Assembly (NCBI GenBank): GCA_040437565.1 | Contig: JBDOQK010000030.1 | Span: forward strand, 310,001 to 374,000 | DNA: 64,000 nt | Direction: 5' to 3' | From: Albugo candida | Taxonomy: Eukaryota | Shown here: positions 51,245 to 63,500 of the stretch, piece after piece | Layout: every line of letters starts with the position of its first letter | Numbering within the stretch: the first letter of the stretch is position 1 | Translations under genes and position numbers: made by a program | The notes under the pieces: model-generated | Databases searched by the model: none | The model's input: only the letters and a program-made list of their open reading frames with translations | Told to the model about the DNA's origin: nothing

Positions 51245-52060
51245 TTACCGATCCGTAAACATCATAATAAGAGCGGAGATCACTAAGAGCCCGGCAATGA
51301 CTTCGACTCCTTCCGCAGCACAAGATTTAACGCTAGCATCCAGCGTTTTGAATTCATTCGGGAACGAATCGTGTTTTGTGGCAATTGCAGACAGAAACCA
51401 GATAATCACCAAAGAGAAGATAGGATCGTGAGCGTAATGGAGTGTCACCAATGCCATGATGATGAGTATGGATAGATGAAGTACGTAGACCGCAATTGGT
51501 AAAAACGTCTGACGATGTTGCTGTAACGAGATCGCCACATGTGACAATGTCAATGCTGTAACCCATGAAAAGTATAACGCAAACGGAAGCTCGGAGCAAA
51601 TGTACTGCCACCAATCGATCTGAGATCCAACTTGGAAGATTGAGCTGGAACGCCCTGAGCGCAACTGTCGGTCGTTGACGGTGTAAATGTACAGCACGAG
51701 CAACGCTAGCCATAAAAGGAACATTGAAAATGTTGCAAGATGCACATGGCCTTTCACATAGAGCAATACCCAAGCAATGTTTGCGACACATGAAAATCCA
51801 AAACAAGTCCTCAGCTGTGAGGGCTGACTCGCGTCTGCGTAGACAGAGTACTGCGGAGAAACCAAGTCAATGACGACGACGACCGCTTCCAATATATAAA
51901 TCAGTATCCAAATCAGAAAAGCAAACGACTCGGGCGTAATCATAGTTTCATATTGGCGAGGAGTTTTCAGAAGAGACTTTGCGTAGACCACATTCACGAC
52001 AGCTTGAAGTGCAAATAAAACCGCATTCGTAGTGGAGAGCCACGCTGTGTTCGACTGCAT
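51245..52060 (-). CDS. Multi-pass membrane protein (TspO-like 'ITPxxxAFxIW' family)
   Basis: About 7-8 hydrophobic segments; motifs YETMITPESFAFLIWILIY, NIAW and PFALYFSWVTA. Confidence 0.75.
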   Translation of the reverse strand: MQSNTAWLSTTNAVLFALQAVVNVVYAKSLLKTPRQYETMITPESFAFLIWILIYILEAVVVVIDLVSPQYSVYADASQPSQLRTCFGFSCVANIAWVLLYVKGHVHLATFSMFLLWLALLVLYIYTVNDRQLRSGRSSSIFQVGSQIDWWQYICSELPFALYFSWVTALTLSHVAISLQQHRQTFLPIAVYVLHLSILIIMALVTLHYAHDPIFSLVIIWFLSAIATKHDSFPNEFKTLDASVKSCAAEGVEVIAGLLVISALIMMFTDR

Positions 52061-52538
52061 TTGTTTGCGACGAATTCTCAAATGAAACGATTTGTGCTAC
52101 AGTTGTTGCGAGATATGACAGTTGACGAATAACGGGCATCAATCAGTAGAGATATCTACATTTGTAACTCGAGTAGCTATCGCTTAATCAGTGTAGACGA
52201 GACATACGGAGCTGACGGATCAAAGTGACATCGTGAAAGAGGTCGGATGACTCGGAGACTGTAACTCTGACGTTTTAAGGTTAAGCGATGGCTCAAGAGG
52301 TACGATATGTCTGTTCTCTTGCTCCATGTCTTCAAATGCGACAATATCAACGATTATTGCTGTCATATGAACATTCACAATTTTTCTACAAGATCTTGCT
52401 CCCACTACACCTAGAATCAATCCCATACACTTATAAAAATGCGAAAGGTAGAAAAGCGCTCAAAGCATAATTTCGATGTGTCCATGCGATCATTAATGTA
52501 TGTGGTCACATCAATTTAGGTAATACCTGATTTTGTGA

Positions 52539-54671
52539 ATGGCAACGAACTTGTTACCTCAGCGATCTGAGGATTTCCGTTTGAAAGAGTATTGGGATCG
52601 ATTCTTTGATCAACGCGACACACAGTCATTTGAATGGTACGGAAGCTATGCAAATCTCAAAGAGAATTTGTATCACGAGCTCGATTTCTCTCTTAATCCA
52701 TCGGATATAAATGTACTAATACACCAGCAAAAAATCAAACACTCCTTACGTGTACTTGTGATCGGTTGTGGTAATTCAGAACTAAGCTTTGAATTGTTTT
52801 GCGATGGTTTTCTCAATGTAACGAGCATCGATTTCTCAGAACTTGTGATACAAAAGATGACAAAAAAGTATCCGTTTATGAAGTGGCACGTACAAGACAT
52901 GACCGATATGACCGACTTCAGTCAGCAGTCTTTCGATATTGTTATCGACAAAGGCGCTTTCGATGCACTTTTGTCGGCCAATACAGACGCGATACTCGCT
53001 TCAGCGAGTAAAATGCTGCAACAAGTGGATAGAGTGCTTGACACTAATAAAGGACTGTATTGCTGTGTCACAATGGCCGAAAGCTTTGTCATCAAACATC
53101 TGCTCCAATTCTTCACAGAAGGGAATTGGAGTGTTTCAGTATGTCCAATGACCGCTTCCTCGCAGCAAATGGTTCCATTTATCGTTTTGCCGAAAAGAAC
53201 GAATTCCAAGTCGGAAATTGTCCATTTCGATCGATGCACATTCACATCGCCGGATGGCGAGAAACGGAAGCTTTGGCTGTTGGATAACATTGAGACATCA
53301 CAGTATCTGTCGGGGCTCAACAATTCACTGCGTCATGTCCAAGTCGGACGACAAGAAGTGATACATCTGCTCTCCAGCCATTCGAATCAGATTCCTCAGC
53401 AAAGTGAGATCGATCAGTCTGAACCGGAGCCCAGATTCACACTTCGTGTGGTTGATCATTGCACGAAGGAACATGACACGTGTGGAATCGTACTTATCCC
53501 TCAAGGTAGGGAACATGAATGGCTGTTTGCAACCGAGCAGGGAGCGGCTGAAATTGCGGAAAGTGCGGGTTTCAGTCGATTGATATTGGTGAGTTTTGGA
53601 CGAAAGTACGAATTTGGAGATCAGCAACAAGTTCAAGAAGAACTGAATGGCATCGTGTTACAATTTCTTCCTCAAAATGTCTCTGCGGATGACAAAATCC
53701 CTTTTCTGAGTATCAGCGACGGTATTGGAAGTCGAACGATTGTCGAAGAAGGAATTTTGCCAACAAGTGGCAAATATTTCATCGAGCAAGTCGTGGACAA
53801 CCAGAGCGGAGTCGACGTACAATTGCGAAGACTTGTGTTTGCAAGCAATGTGAATATCATTCAGAGCGAAGTTCGAATCGTCGAAGATGTAGCAGGAAAG
53901 ACCTCCAATGCAAAGACATCTGCGTCCAAGAAAAAGAAAAAGAAAAATCGCTCGAAAACGCGACGTGAAATCGTCGACACCTCTTTCTTGTCGTTTGCGT
54001 ACCACAAAGGAATCATTGCTGCATTATTAGCGTGCTCATCGACCGAACACACAAGCAATCGACAAAGCGGTCTTATCATCGGTCTTGGTGGCGGATGTCT
54101 CGCTCAATTCATCCACGATCATGTCGCTAGTGTGACTTCCATCACAGTCAGCGAGCTCGATGGTGCGGTATTACAAATCGCCGAGAAACATTTCGGATTT
54201 ACACCGAGCGATCGCATGCGCGTTGTTATCGAAGATGGACTTGAGTACGTCGCACGACTCGCTGTTGAGGACCCTGCTTCTACTGATTTCATCGTCGTGG
54301 ATGTCGATGCCAAAGACACCACCCAAGCGATGAGCTGTCCTCCGATAGAATTCACATCAGAGCGCTTCTTACGCCACTGTCACGCCGTATTGAGCTGTCA
54401 CGGTATTCTGATACTTAATATCTCATGTCGAGCCGACGATTTGTATCAGGAAATTCTTCTCCGATTGCAAGCAATCTTTCAATCCGAAGAAAAGCCTCAG
54501 AGAAAAGCTGTGTTTGACGTACAGCCTTCCAAAGACGATGTGAATCGCGTGGTTTTCTGTGTGAAAACTGCGCCAAGTCAAAGCAAAAGCGCGTCGACAG
54601 CGAACAGAAACGTTGCCGACATCAAAGACGAAGAAATATTGGAATTAATGCGAGAAATCAAAGTCGAATGA
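52539..54671 (+). CDS. METTL13: eEF1A lysine and N-terminal methyltransferase (METTL13)
   Basis: NLLP..SEDF..KEYWDRFF..FEWYG, LVIGCGNSELS, DKGAFDAL, IPQGREHEWLFATEQG, RRLVF..N.NIIQSE, IIGLGGG and MSCPP. Two methyltransferase domains. Confidence 0.93.
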   Translation: MATNLLPQRSEDFRLKEYWDRFFDQRDTQSFEWYGSYANLKENLYHELDFSLNPSDINVLIHQQKIKHSLRVLVIGCGNSELSFELFCDGFLNVTSIDFSELVIQKMTKKYPFMKWHVQDMTDMTDFSQQSFDIVIDKGAFDALLSANTDAILASASKMLQQVDRVLDTNKGLYCCVTMAESFVIKHLLQFFTEGNWSVSVCPMTASSQQMVPFIVLPKRTNSKSEIVHFDRCTFTSPDGEKRKLWLLDNIETSQYLSGLNNSLRHVQVGRQEVIHLLSSHSNQIPQQSEIDQSEPEPRFTLRVVDHCTKEHDTCGIVLIPQGREHEWLFATEQGAAEIAESAGFSRLILVSFGRKYEFGDQQQVQEELNGIVLQFLPQNVSADDKIPFLSISDGIGSRTIVEEGILPTSGKYFIEQVVDNQSGVDVQLRRLVFASNVNIIQSEVRIVEDVAGKTSNAKTSASKKKKKKNRSKTRREIVDTSFLSFAYHKGIIAALLACSSTEHTSNRQSGLIIGLGGGCLAQFIHDHVASVTSITVSELDGAVLQIAEKHFGFTPSDRMRVVIEDGLEYVARLAVEDPASTDFIVVDVDAKDTTQAMSCPPIEFTSERFLRHCHAVLSCHGILILNISCRADDLYQEILLRLQAIFQSEEKPQRKAVFDVQPSKDDVNRVVFCVKTAPSQSKSASTANRNVADIKDEEILELMREIKVE

Positions 54672-54758
54672 GTATTTATACTGTTGTAACGACTTTGGAA
54701 CCGACACACGCGCTTTTGTTTCTTACTTTTCAGAAAACGCAAAAAACGTTCAAACGCA

Positions 54759-57510
54759 ATGAACGCTTCCAACAAACTCTCTGCGTTTTTGGCGACAGTA
54801 CCTTCCAATGCAAAGCAAATTCCCGACACGTTTGACTCTGTTCAGGAGCTACACACAAGTGATAACGATATCGATGACAAAGTTTGTGCTGTTTCAGACG
54901 CCACGCACGTGGACACGATCCCTCAAGTCGATGCGATCGATCTGAAGACTTTAAAATTGGATTCCACTGACAGATTATCACATTTTATCTCTGCAACGTG
55001 CCGTACTGCCAGTTTCTCGCAAGCGGAAAAAAGAATCGAAGACGACGATCCGACTGCAACTATTTCCGCACCCACTCGACACATTACATCGAAAGCTGAC
55101 AATGAAGCAGAAGGAGATGCTATGCTTCGAGTTCCCAACATGAATCCTGTCTTATCAGGCAATCATCATCGTCGAATCTCCACGAAATGCGGGTCCGCAT
55201 ACGCATTCTCTCGTAAAACGCATGACAAAATCACTGACAAAATCGTTCAGCACTTTGTATCTGATGTCCCAATTGTCGCGATTTCTCGATCTTCCAATGA
55301 GACGTTGCAAGCGCCGTCTGCTCTCTGCGTCGAAGACATTGCGCTTCTCTTGCAAAGTGGAAAAACGCTGCCACTACACACAGTCCTCGACGTTGTACGC
55401 AACGCCACAAATCACATGACTGCAGAGCCAAATGTCGTGGAGGTGCAAGCACCGTGCATTGTTGTGGGCGATCTTCATGGCCAATATCAAGATCTTCTTT
55501 CCATTTTCAACAGCAACGGCTTTCCTTCCGCAGAGAATCGGTATGTATTCCTCGGAGATTATGTGGATCGCGGAGTTTCTTCGTGTGAGATCTTATTGCT
55601 GCTTCTTGCGATCCGAGTCGAGCGTCCGGAATCGATTCATTTGTTACGTGGCAATCACGAAAGCAGAAGTCTGAGCACATTTTACGGCTTCCGGAAGGAA
55701 TGCTGGATCAAGTACGGTGGAATTGTGTACCAGAGATTTCTCAAATGCTTTCAGAGTTTGCCGCTAGCTGCTCGGATCCACACAGAGTTTGGGACATTCT
55801 TGGCGCTGCATGGCGGTCTCTCACCAGACATTCGATACGTCGAGGATATCCAGAATAATGTGAATCGATTCCAAGATCCAGAACCTCAAGGTGCTTTGTG
55901 TGATTTATTGTGGTCTGATCCAGAAAAGTTGGGTTCCAACGACAAGAACAAGGACAATTGTACCGATTGGGCTGTCAATCGAGCCCGAGGCTGCTCGTAT
56001 ACGTTTAGCGAGAGAGCATTACAAGTGTTTCTTGAGGAGAATCAGCTTTTGGCACTTATTCGAGCGCATGAGGTAAGCATGGTACCTTTCCTGAGAAGGA
56101 TTTACGAATGTGTACGATAGCTGGAAGAGAATGGCTTTCGCGAGTATTACCCGACGCAGGAGACCAGCAGCCTTCGACTCCCGTGCATGATAACTGTATT
56201 CTCCGCTCCGCAGTACTGCAATCGGAACTCCAATATGGTAATGTCTCTTGTCGTAGAATCTCATTTGTATCGTTTGTATTGAATTGTGTTGTTAGGGCGC
56301 CACACTGCTGATACCATTTCAGTTGCCATCTGCGGATCCAAAGAGTCGATTGCTGCAGTTCAAACAATATACGCGAAGCAGTACGCGAGAGACTGAATAC
56401 ACTGAACGATCCGAATACGACGCGATGCGTGAGTTCATAGAAGAACAGATTCCATTTGTTCCATTGGATTTCCATCGACTTGTCAAATTATGCAAAACGC
56501 AGAAATATATGTCAGCAATGGAGTCGGATGGCTCGTTTGTGATGTCAGCGCCTATGAACGACACACGCTCCAGTCGTACGGAAGGATGCTCTTCCGATCA
56601 GCAGATGGAGATACTTGCCAAGGATTCGACAGAGTCGAGTCTGATTCAGGTGAACATTGGCGCGGATATCGATGATTCAGTCATTCGTATCGATGAGGAG
56701 ACTTTTCTTCACTCCAAATGGGAGAGTCCAAAAGCTCTCCCGCACGATCGAAAATGTGATCTTGAAGACCACACAATAGCAACGAGAGGCACGAAGAGCT
56801 CCAAAAGGCAAAGAAATAAAGGTTGGAATCCTGTCAAGACAATTCGCACATTGTTTGGCACAACTTTGACAAAAAAAGAAAAAACGAAGAAAAAAACAGA
56901 GACTTCGAGACGGTATTCCTCCATGTCTGCAAACGCATCGGAGCATATATCGACGCCTAAATCGAGTTTTGTATGGCCTTGGAAAGCCAAAAAGGAGAGA
57001 AAAGCATCTGTGATATCACCTGTTTCGTCACCATTATCCATGTCGGCTCCAGCTTTGGCTCCGACTCGCTCAGCTTCATTTCCAGTTCGACCGACTTCCT
57101 TTACTGTCGTATCGACCACTGCTGCGTCAGGATCTGAAATGGTGTCTCCGCGTGCGTCTGAGATGGTTGGCAAGATCACAAGCAAAGAAAAGCATTTGGA
57201 TTCAATTACGACATCAAGCGATGACATCAGTTCCACTCTGGAGGATCCATTCGATGCAAGCAAAAAACTATTCACGAATTCGCAGTGGATGGCTTTAAAA
57301 CTGTTTTTCAACTACCTCGACATCAACGGACATGGTATTATAACGGAAGAAGGTCTGGTCGCACTTTTGGCGGATCAAGACTTTGACGCGTATGCCACAG
57401 AAGAAGACCTCAGCGTTATTATGGATGGGTTGGATCAAGATCAGGATGGTCTTGTCACAGCTCATGACTTTCTTTTCTTTGCGTATCGTGCTTCTCTATC
57501 ACAGACATGA
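54759..57510 (+). CDS. Calcineurin-A-like PPP Ser/Thr phosphatase with a C-terminal EF-hand pair
   Basis: GDLHG, GDYVDRG, RGNHE, HGGLSP, CDLLWSDP, RGCSY, IRAHE and ITVFSAPQY. Introns 56073-56120 and 56238-56295 join in frame to the 56323-57510 ORF, which ends in DINGHGIITEEG and DQDQDGLVTAHD loops. Confidence 0.88.
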
Positions 57511-57834
57511 GCTGTTCCACACACCAGTCGACCGGGTTCATGCATTGGCACACTTTGCATTCCTTTTAATACATTGGGTATCACCATTCCCTCTCAGCCA
57601 CACATTGCCCGTACAGTATTTGGGCCAACTGTTAATCATTCTTTATTAGCTGCGCGTCCAATCAACAACTTGGCTTTTCTGTCGCGTTCGAAATTCGAAA
57701 TATCGAATGCAAATGAACTTGTACACTGTATCTTTGGACCAGATGACGATATTCGGTACGATGTCAAAAGTAGTACGATGGATAGGTCATCAAATCCATG
57801 GCACAGAATGTGCACAATCAAATATTTCGGGTCG

Positions 57835-58902
57835 ATGATTAACGCTTTCGTGCCATTTATTCTCCTCCAATTATCCGAGATTGGGAACGCGCGTCAATTT
57901 CTGGTCGCGGAGGTTCATCGAATCCCAAACGAAGAGCCTACACTTACGGCGATACGCTTACCTATACATCGTTCGAATTGTGACTTTTATTGGAAAGTAT
58001 TCACTAATGACATACCGGCAAGATCCCAGTCTCTACTAATTTATGCTCGAGTCACCGCATTTACCGGTGGTTGTACACAATATCTAGACAGGCCAGCAAA
58101 ACGCAGATACACCGTACCAACACAACGTGGCATTACCCATCATCTGTCATCACCGCATCACGAAGAAGTGGTTGTTATAGGGGAAGTGTATGCTTTTTCA
58201 TATGTCAAAGAGCAAACTCTAGAAAACTGTCAAGTCGTATATGAAGTCCTCTCTTTTTCAGTCATTACCAGACTGCTAAAACTGAATGCTATGGTGAGTG
58301 TGGAATGGGATGGTAACAAGAATTGGAACGTGTACCTTACAGAGAAGGAAAGTTTTGCTGCCCAAAATCATTTTCCACGCCTGACTGTATCTGACAGTAC
58401 TAAGGGTCTGGTGATCGGTCCGATAGAAGGTATAGTTGTATGTAATGAACAAGCTGGTCCTTTCTCAGCGCCCGATGCGGGAATAGCAACCGTGAGCTTC
58501 GATCATAGCGATCGGTGGACCCATGTTCCATCTGAGGTGTATAAGAAGATTATGGACCGCTTGCGAGATTTCCATATTCAAGAAAAGACTGCTCCATCGC
58601 TTTCAAAGCTTCTCTTTCCGAATGATCCTATGTATTCCTGTAAGGAGCTGGTGAATATGGTCATGCCATCCTTCAAAATCACGTTCGGAGGAACGACAGT
58701 GTTACAATTCACAATGGATCATTTTATTGTGAAAGAGCCATCGCAGCCAATTAATTGCTACATCGCGATCAAGACAAGTCACACACTAGATTCGCCAAAC
58801 TGGACATTTGGCGGGCAATTTCTCCGGTTTCACGCAATGAAATTCGCGAAAACTGGGCGTCACGGCGAAAATATCGGTTTTACTGTGGACCGATTGAACT
58901 GA
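57835..58902 (+). CDS. Putatively secreted pepsin-fold (A1 aspartic protease-like) protein with degenerate active sites
   Basis: C-lobe pattern: HVPSEVYKKI..YSC..MPSFKITFGG..NCYIAI..NWTFGGQFLR..NIGF. Signal-like start MINAFVPFILLQLSEIGNA. No DTG/DSG motif. The ORF is open from 57574, so the true start is inferred. Confidence 0.65.
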   Translation: MINAFVPFILLQLSEIGNARQFLVAEVHRIPNEEPTLTAIRLPIHRSNCDFYWKVFTNDIPARSQSLLIYARVTAFTGGCTQYLDRPAKRRYTVPTQRGITHHLSSPHHEEVVVIGEVYAFSYVKEQTLENCQVVYEVLSFSVITRLLKLNAMVSVEWDGNKNWNVYLTEKESFAAQNHFPRLTVSDSTKGLVIGPIEGIVVCNEQAGPFSAPDAGIATVSFDHSDRWTHVPSEVYKKIMDRLRDFHIQEKTAPSLSKLLFPNDPMYSCKELVNMVMPSFKITFGGTTVLQFTMDHFIVKEPSQPINCYIAIKTSHTLDSPNWTFGGQFLRFHAMKFAKTGRHGENIGFTVDRLN

Positions 58903-60538
58903 AATGCTTTGTCTAATCAACGCCTTGAATAACAACATGCTTTTCTTTTATTGTCTTGTTATCATTCTTGCAAGTGTTAGCGTATACGTGCGCGAGCATG
59001 ACTTTGCGAATGTAGCCAGAGCTTTAGTCTGTATTAATTATGCATTGCGCTTTTCGTGATCAAAGGACGTAAAGTCTCAATACCAAATATGCTTCGCACT
59101 CGAGTACCAAAGGGCTCGCTACGTTGAGAATGATTGATCGCAATAGAAGCCACCTGCAGATGCTTTCGAAACTGATTGCAGGAATCTTTAAAACTATTTG
59201 TTCTGAAGCTATCAGCGAAGCCATTCGCACAGAGTTTGTATCAGCTCAGCGTACAACGACTCGTACATTGGCGTAATGCCACAATGTTTCGCATCGTGGC
59301 GAGTTGCCGAGGCTTTGTCGATTTCGATCACCCTACTGCGATCATTCACCATGCAAATCTTCAAGTTTGTCGATTGATAGTATTGTAATCGGTGTAAGAG
59401 AGAAAGCGAGTGGTTACTCCCAACGCATGGACGTGCTTGGATGAACGACAGGGCAACGCCAAAGAACTTGTGACGTTATAGGAATCGCCAGTGATGCGAC
59501 GAAGTGAATGAGATTGCGCACAAATAGAGTATCTTTGAGAAAATCTTCATCAAGATTATCATTTATTGCGATCGACAACAAACCATACCGAGAAAACCAG
59601 CGCTATTTCTATATCCTCACACCACGTCCATAGCACATGAATGGACAGATAATATTCTTGCCGACTTGGTAAGAATAATTGAAGTCGGCAAGCTGAAAAA
59701 CTTGAACTGACGCGCCGGATCATGTGAATTTATTGTCGACTCTGATTCTCGGGACTTCTTACGCTCCCTCCACCACGAGCTTTACCGTCACACATGCATC
59801 CACTTATCACAATGAACTTTGATAGAAAAAATCTGTACGATTGCGAAATGATGTATCACTGAGTTGAAGTGGAACGGGTATGGAGAGAGTTGGCTTACGT
59901 TGCCCTGGTAATGTAAAGCCTCTCACCCGAACCAACTCAATTTTCATACGCTACTATGTCGATCTTTCTATGAAAGAGTGTGATCAGCGAGGAAACATCA
60001 TGTCGAAGCATGTCTGAGAGCCATGTAGCAATATGCCAGAACGTTTATAAGGTCAACAGAAACAGAGAGCGGTACCACCACCCATTCACTCTACACATCA
60101 AAGAACGGATCAAAGGTTGCTTTCCACTTTATTTATGCTTGCACGATACACTTCTAATTAGACGCATACTATCAGCAGCGCAGATTTTAGGTACACAGCG
60201 CCAATGGAAGAATATCGCCGGAGTCTGATTCGTTACACCGAATATTTGTGTAGCTTCCTAGTCGGTGCGAACAGGTCATGGGATGGGTATGGATGGAATC
60301 TTTGGAGCAGAGATATTCCTGATCTTCGACGATGCAATTTGCACCCACTCTAAGCACAAAGAAATGTCCTCTTTCAATGACAGCAGTGACATAGCAACAA
60401 AATCAATTCCCACACATGCACATGTGAATATGGCTGGTCGAGCTATCATACATACCATTATATGAAGAATTGGAGCCTGAAACTTCATTGCAGAGAGATC
60501 GCTTTCCATGCCGCTTGACCAAATGCTCGTCGAGAAGG

Positions 60539-63500
60539 CGACGATTCGTAGGAAGTTATGAACAGAAGGAATTGAGTCAGAACCTCGGTGTTGTATGGAT
60601 GCTTCCAACAGGCTTCAATCTGCAGAACACTCAACTATTGTGTTAGTGGTCAAGCTACACTGAGATGTATTGTGTCGACGGTAGTTTACGATTGCAGTGC
60701 TAAAAGGATTTTTTTATATTTTGGCAAGTCGGTTGAGCAATGCGTCCTTGGTTTTCGAGAATGCAGTCATGTCTTCGTCGCGATGAGTAAACTCTTCTTG
60801 GATCTATTCTCTTGTACCATACACTGTTTTGATGAAGCCCCGAAAGAACCTCTTAAACGATAAACAATGTTGATCACGAAGCCCGAATGCTTTCCACTGA
60901 TTTTATGCATAAGGAGCATGGGGACGCAAATGTATTGGCGAGCTAAGCGATGTCTGATGGAAGCGGTCGGCTGAAAGATCCGTATCACATGGACATATGG
61001 AATGTGTAGTGAGCACGGTTAACGCTCGTTAGGAAGCTGGACGCACACTTTATGGACGATAGCACGATTAGTACAAGTCCAATTCGTTTAGTTTAAAATT
61101 CTGAAAAGCCGAGTAATAGAATGGACAATGGACGCTGGATTAGAGTCGAAAGGGCTGATGCAGCTTTTTTGGCTCTTCGCTTTGCTAAAAGCTTTGAAAC
61201 ACACAAGCTTAGGCACAACTTGCTCCTTGTTGAACGTTTTATTAAGCAAGTTGAACTCGTTTAACTCGAAAAAAACGCATGCTACGTGTATACCATTTCT
61301 TTTGAAGTCAGCACTGGATAAACGAACGGGTACACTTTATGCAGAGTGCTTATCAATCTATGTGACAGATGATACAAATACACTAAAGCCAATCAATTGT
61401 GTAAACGACATCGCAAGAACCATCGCAGCTTTTCAGAAAGGATGATGGACTCGAGACCGTGAGACTTGGATATTTGGTCCGCATTTATCAGGATGAAACT
61501 AACATGGTTACAATCAGAGTACCCTTGTCAGCACAAGGAATCATGTAGTCGGATCTCTTCCGCAAACGTGCGCCTGATGGGACCATAGAATCTGGATCGT
61601 GCACACAAAGTGTATGGCTTCATGACGACATCCAATTTACTGAAAGATACTATTTTAGAATTCCAGTCACAAAAGCCCATTTCTGCACACTCATATGCAG
61701 CGAATCTATGCCGTGCATACCGCCTCGAAACAAGTACCACATCTTATCACGATCTACTTCAATTCGCTTATGGCAAGCGATATACGGTCAAGGATCCAAA
61801 CGATTTATTGGGCTGTATATACTGCAAAGGCTTGTAACGGATTGAAATATGCAGAAGACAGATGATAGAACACGTAATTTATTGTTTGTGGGCGACGTTT
61901 TACAGGGGATAGCATAAGAAATTGGGCAGATTTGAAGCTGAGCTGAGTTGAGTTGAATTTGTCGGTGAGGTGTGCAGGTAAATGTATGTAACTATGAAAT
62001 GTGGTAACTATGCTGAGCATACACGACTGCAATTTTACAAAAGTACATAGAATCCTGGATTTGGAGACATAGAAAAACCCCACGCTCAGGTGTTTTCGCT
62101 TGGAGGTCTAGGCGGCTGTACTTTATACGATCTTATAAAAGTACTTGGAATCAGTTGATACTTTGCGAATAGAATATATCAATGTGAAATGGTTTTCTAC
62201 ATACATGTCAAACAGCATAGTATACAAGCATGGTGGAAGCCTGCATNNNNNNNNNNNNNNNNNNNNNNNNNNNNNNNNNNNNNNNNNNNNNNNNNNNNNN
62301 NNNNNNNNNNNNNNNNNNNNNNNNNNNNNNNNNNNNNNNNNNNNNNCGACGATTCGTAGGAAGTTATGAACAGAAGGAATTGAGTCAGAACCTCGGTGTT
62401 GTATGGATGCTTCCAACAGGCTTCAATCTGCAGAACACTCAACTATTGTGTTAGTGGTCAAGCTACACTGAGATGTATTGTGTCGACGGTAGTTTACGAT
62501 TGCAGTGCTAAAAGGATTTTTTTATATTTTGGCAAGTCGGTTGAGCAATGCGTCCTTGGTTTTCGAGAATGCAGTCATGTCTTCGTCGCGATGAGTAAAC
62601 TCTTCTTGGATCTATTCTCTTGTACCATACACTGTTTTGATGAAGCCCCGAAAGAACCTCTTAAACGATAAACAATGTTGATCACGAAGCCCGAATGCTT
62701 TCCACTGATTTTATGCATAAGGAGCATGGGGACGCAAATGTATTGGCGAGCTAAGCGATGTCTGATGGAAGCGGTCGGCTGAAAGATCCGTATCACATGG
62801 ACATATGGAATGTGTAGTGAGCACGGTTAACGCTCGTTAGGAAGCTGGACGCACACTTTATGGACGATAGCACGATTAGTACAAGTCCAATTCGTTTAGT
62901 TTAAAATTCTGAAAAGCCGAGTAATAGAATGGACAATGGACGCTGGATTAGAGTCGAAAGGGCTGATGCAGCTTTTTTGGCTCTTCGCTTTGCTAAAAGC
63001 TTTGAAACACACAAGCTTAGGCACAACTTGCTCCTTGTTGAACGTTTTATTAAGCAAGTTGAACTCGTTTAACTCGAAAAAAACGCATGCTACGTGTATA
63101 CCATTTCTTTTGAAGTCAGCACTGGATAAACGAACGGGTACACTTTATGCAGAGTGCTTATCAATCTATGTGACAGATGATACAAATACACTAAAGCCAA
63201 TCAATTGTGTAAACGACATCGCAAGAACCATCGCAGCTTTTCAGAAAGGATGATGGACTCGAGACCGTGAGACTTGGATATTTGGTCCGCATTTATCAGG
63301 ATGAAACTAACATGGTTACAATCAGAGTACCCTTGTCAGCACAAGGAATCATGTAGTCGGATCTCTTCCGCAAACGTGCGCCTGATGGGACCATAGAATC
63401 TGGATCGTGCACACAAAGTGTATGGCTTCATGACGACATCCAATTTACTGAAAGATACTATTTTAGAATTCCAGTCACAAAAGCCCATTTCTGCACACTC

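Noticed and set aside
59657-59692. Perfect 11-bp hairpin cttgccgactt...aagtcggcaag
   Set aside because: A single 11-bp stem is close to chance expectation in 64 kb and has no other supporting RNA structure.
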